DNA from: Bryobacterales bacterium
Lineage (GTDB): Bacteria; Acidobacteriota; Terriglobia; Bryobacterales; UBA6623
Assembly (NCBI GenBank): GCA_965263255.1
Contig: CBDHHA010000008.1
Location: 1,916,510 to 1,980,509 of the forward strand
Length of the DNA: 64,000 nucleotides
Direction of reading: 5' to 3'
The notes beneath the pieces are model-generated. The model was not told the DNA's origin, searched no databases, and was given only the letters and a program-made list of their open reading frames with translations. Position 1 is the stretch's first letter. Every line of letters begins with the position of its first letter. Of the stretch, positions 63,451-64,000 are shown one piece after another. A program made the position numbers and the translations under genes.

Positions 63451-64000
63451 TCACGGTCCGGCGGGCCCACCCTCCTCCGCCTGCGTATAGCGGAAGGGCT
63501 TGCTGAGCACGATCTCGCGGACCAGTGACCGCGCGCCCACGCCCGACGGCTGCAGCTTGAGGACCATCTTCTCGATCACGCAATGATCGCGGTCGGAGAT
63601 GCTTCGCCCCAGGGCGTACCCGAAGAGTTTCTGCGCAACGTGCCGGACAAGCTCGTCTTCCCGCTCCAACAGGACGGCGCGGAGTTCCGCGGGGCCGTCA
63701 AACGCTTCCCCGGAAGGCAGGACGCCCGAGGCATCGACCGGGCGCCCGCGGTCGTCCGATTCGCGCCATCGTCCAAGCCAGTCGAAATTCTCGAGTCCGA
63801 GGCCAATGGGATCGATCACGTCGTGACAGGCGGCGCAGGTCGGGTTCGCGCGATGCTCGTGGAGCATCTCGCGAACGGTGAGGTCTCGCTGCTTTGCCTC
63901 GTCGGTCTCGAGTGGCGGGATGTCGGGAGGAGGCGCGGGGATCTTGGTCCCCAGCAGCGTCTCGAGCACCCAGACCCCGCGCAGGACCGGGCTGGTGCGC
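63451..64000 (-). CDS. DUF1592/DUF1588/DUF1585-family protein, C-terminal part only (5' end beyond the window)
   Basis: ANPTCAACHDVIDPIGLGLENFDWLGRWRE... and C-terminal ...SLVREIVLSKPFRY. The frame remains open to the right edge, and the track lists only the part from an internal Met. Confidence 0.75.
   Translation of the reverse strand, partial: RTSPVLRGVWVLETLLGTKIPAPPPDIPPLETDEAKQRDLTVREMLHEHRANPTCAACHDVIDPIGLGLENFDWLGRWRESDDRGRPVDASGVLPSGEAFDGPAELRAVLLEREDELVRHVAQKLFGYALGRSISDRDHCVIEKMVLKLQPSGVGARSLVREIVLSKPFRYTQAEEGGPAGP

Noticed and set aside
1-64000. Search for CRISPR arrays, rRNA and tRNA genes
   Set aside because: I saw no regularly spaced direct repeats of 25-40 nt, no rRNA-like conserved blocks and no cloverleaf candidates anywhere in the window. 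This was inspection by eye only.

Overview
The window is about 65% G+C and its gene content fits an Acidobacteriota- or Planctomycetota-like chromosome. This shows in three PSCyt/PSD-type and DUF1800/DUF1501/DUF1552-type cassettes, three sulfatases and a long-form rpsA. Most of the window is ordinary housekeeping or accessory metabolism: xthA, ribBA, eno, rpsA, hisS, proC, uxaC, a CoA-transferase and an ECF sigma/anti-sigma pair.

Two things stand out.

(1) A compositionally foreign island of about 14 kb lies at roughly 17.4-31.0 kb, between an M50 protease gene and a sulfatase gene.
- It carries a tightly packed, translationally coupled four-gene minus-strand operon. The genes are a 1731-1733 aa DExH helicase fused to a DUF1998 module, a 927 aa SNF2 helicase, a 1329 aa N6-adenine DNA methyltransferase and a 253 aa HNH nuclease.
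- I read this as a DISARM class-1-like anti-phage locus. DrmA and DrmB appear fused, and the PLD nuclease (DrmC) is replaced by an HNH_2 nuclease.
- Two very AT-rich small ORFs of unknown function converge on the operon (sampled lines are 38% G+C against 65% in the flank).
- A sharp intragenic G+C break near the 3' end of the methyltransferase gene suggests cassette exchange.

(2) A complete ISAzo13-family insertion sequence lies between eno and rpsA. It has imperfect terminal inverted repeats, a TTA flanking duplication, and an A9 run exactly where the transposase switches to the -1 frame.

No rRNA, tRNA or CRISPR array was found.

Many long ORFs in the supplied track are antisense shadow ORFs typical of high-GC DNA, and I rejected them. 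The track omits two real genes that run off the window edges; I recovered the left one by translating it myself and extended the right one from its track ORF. All family assignments rest on motif recognition by eye. No database search or covariance model was run.
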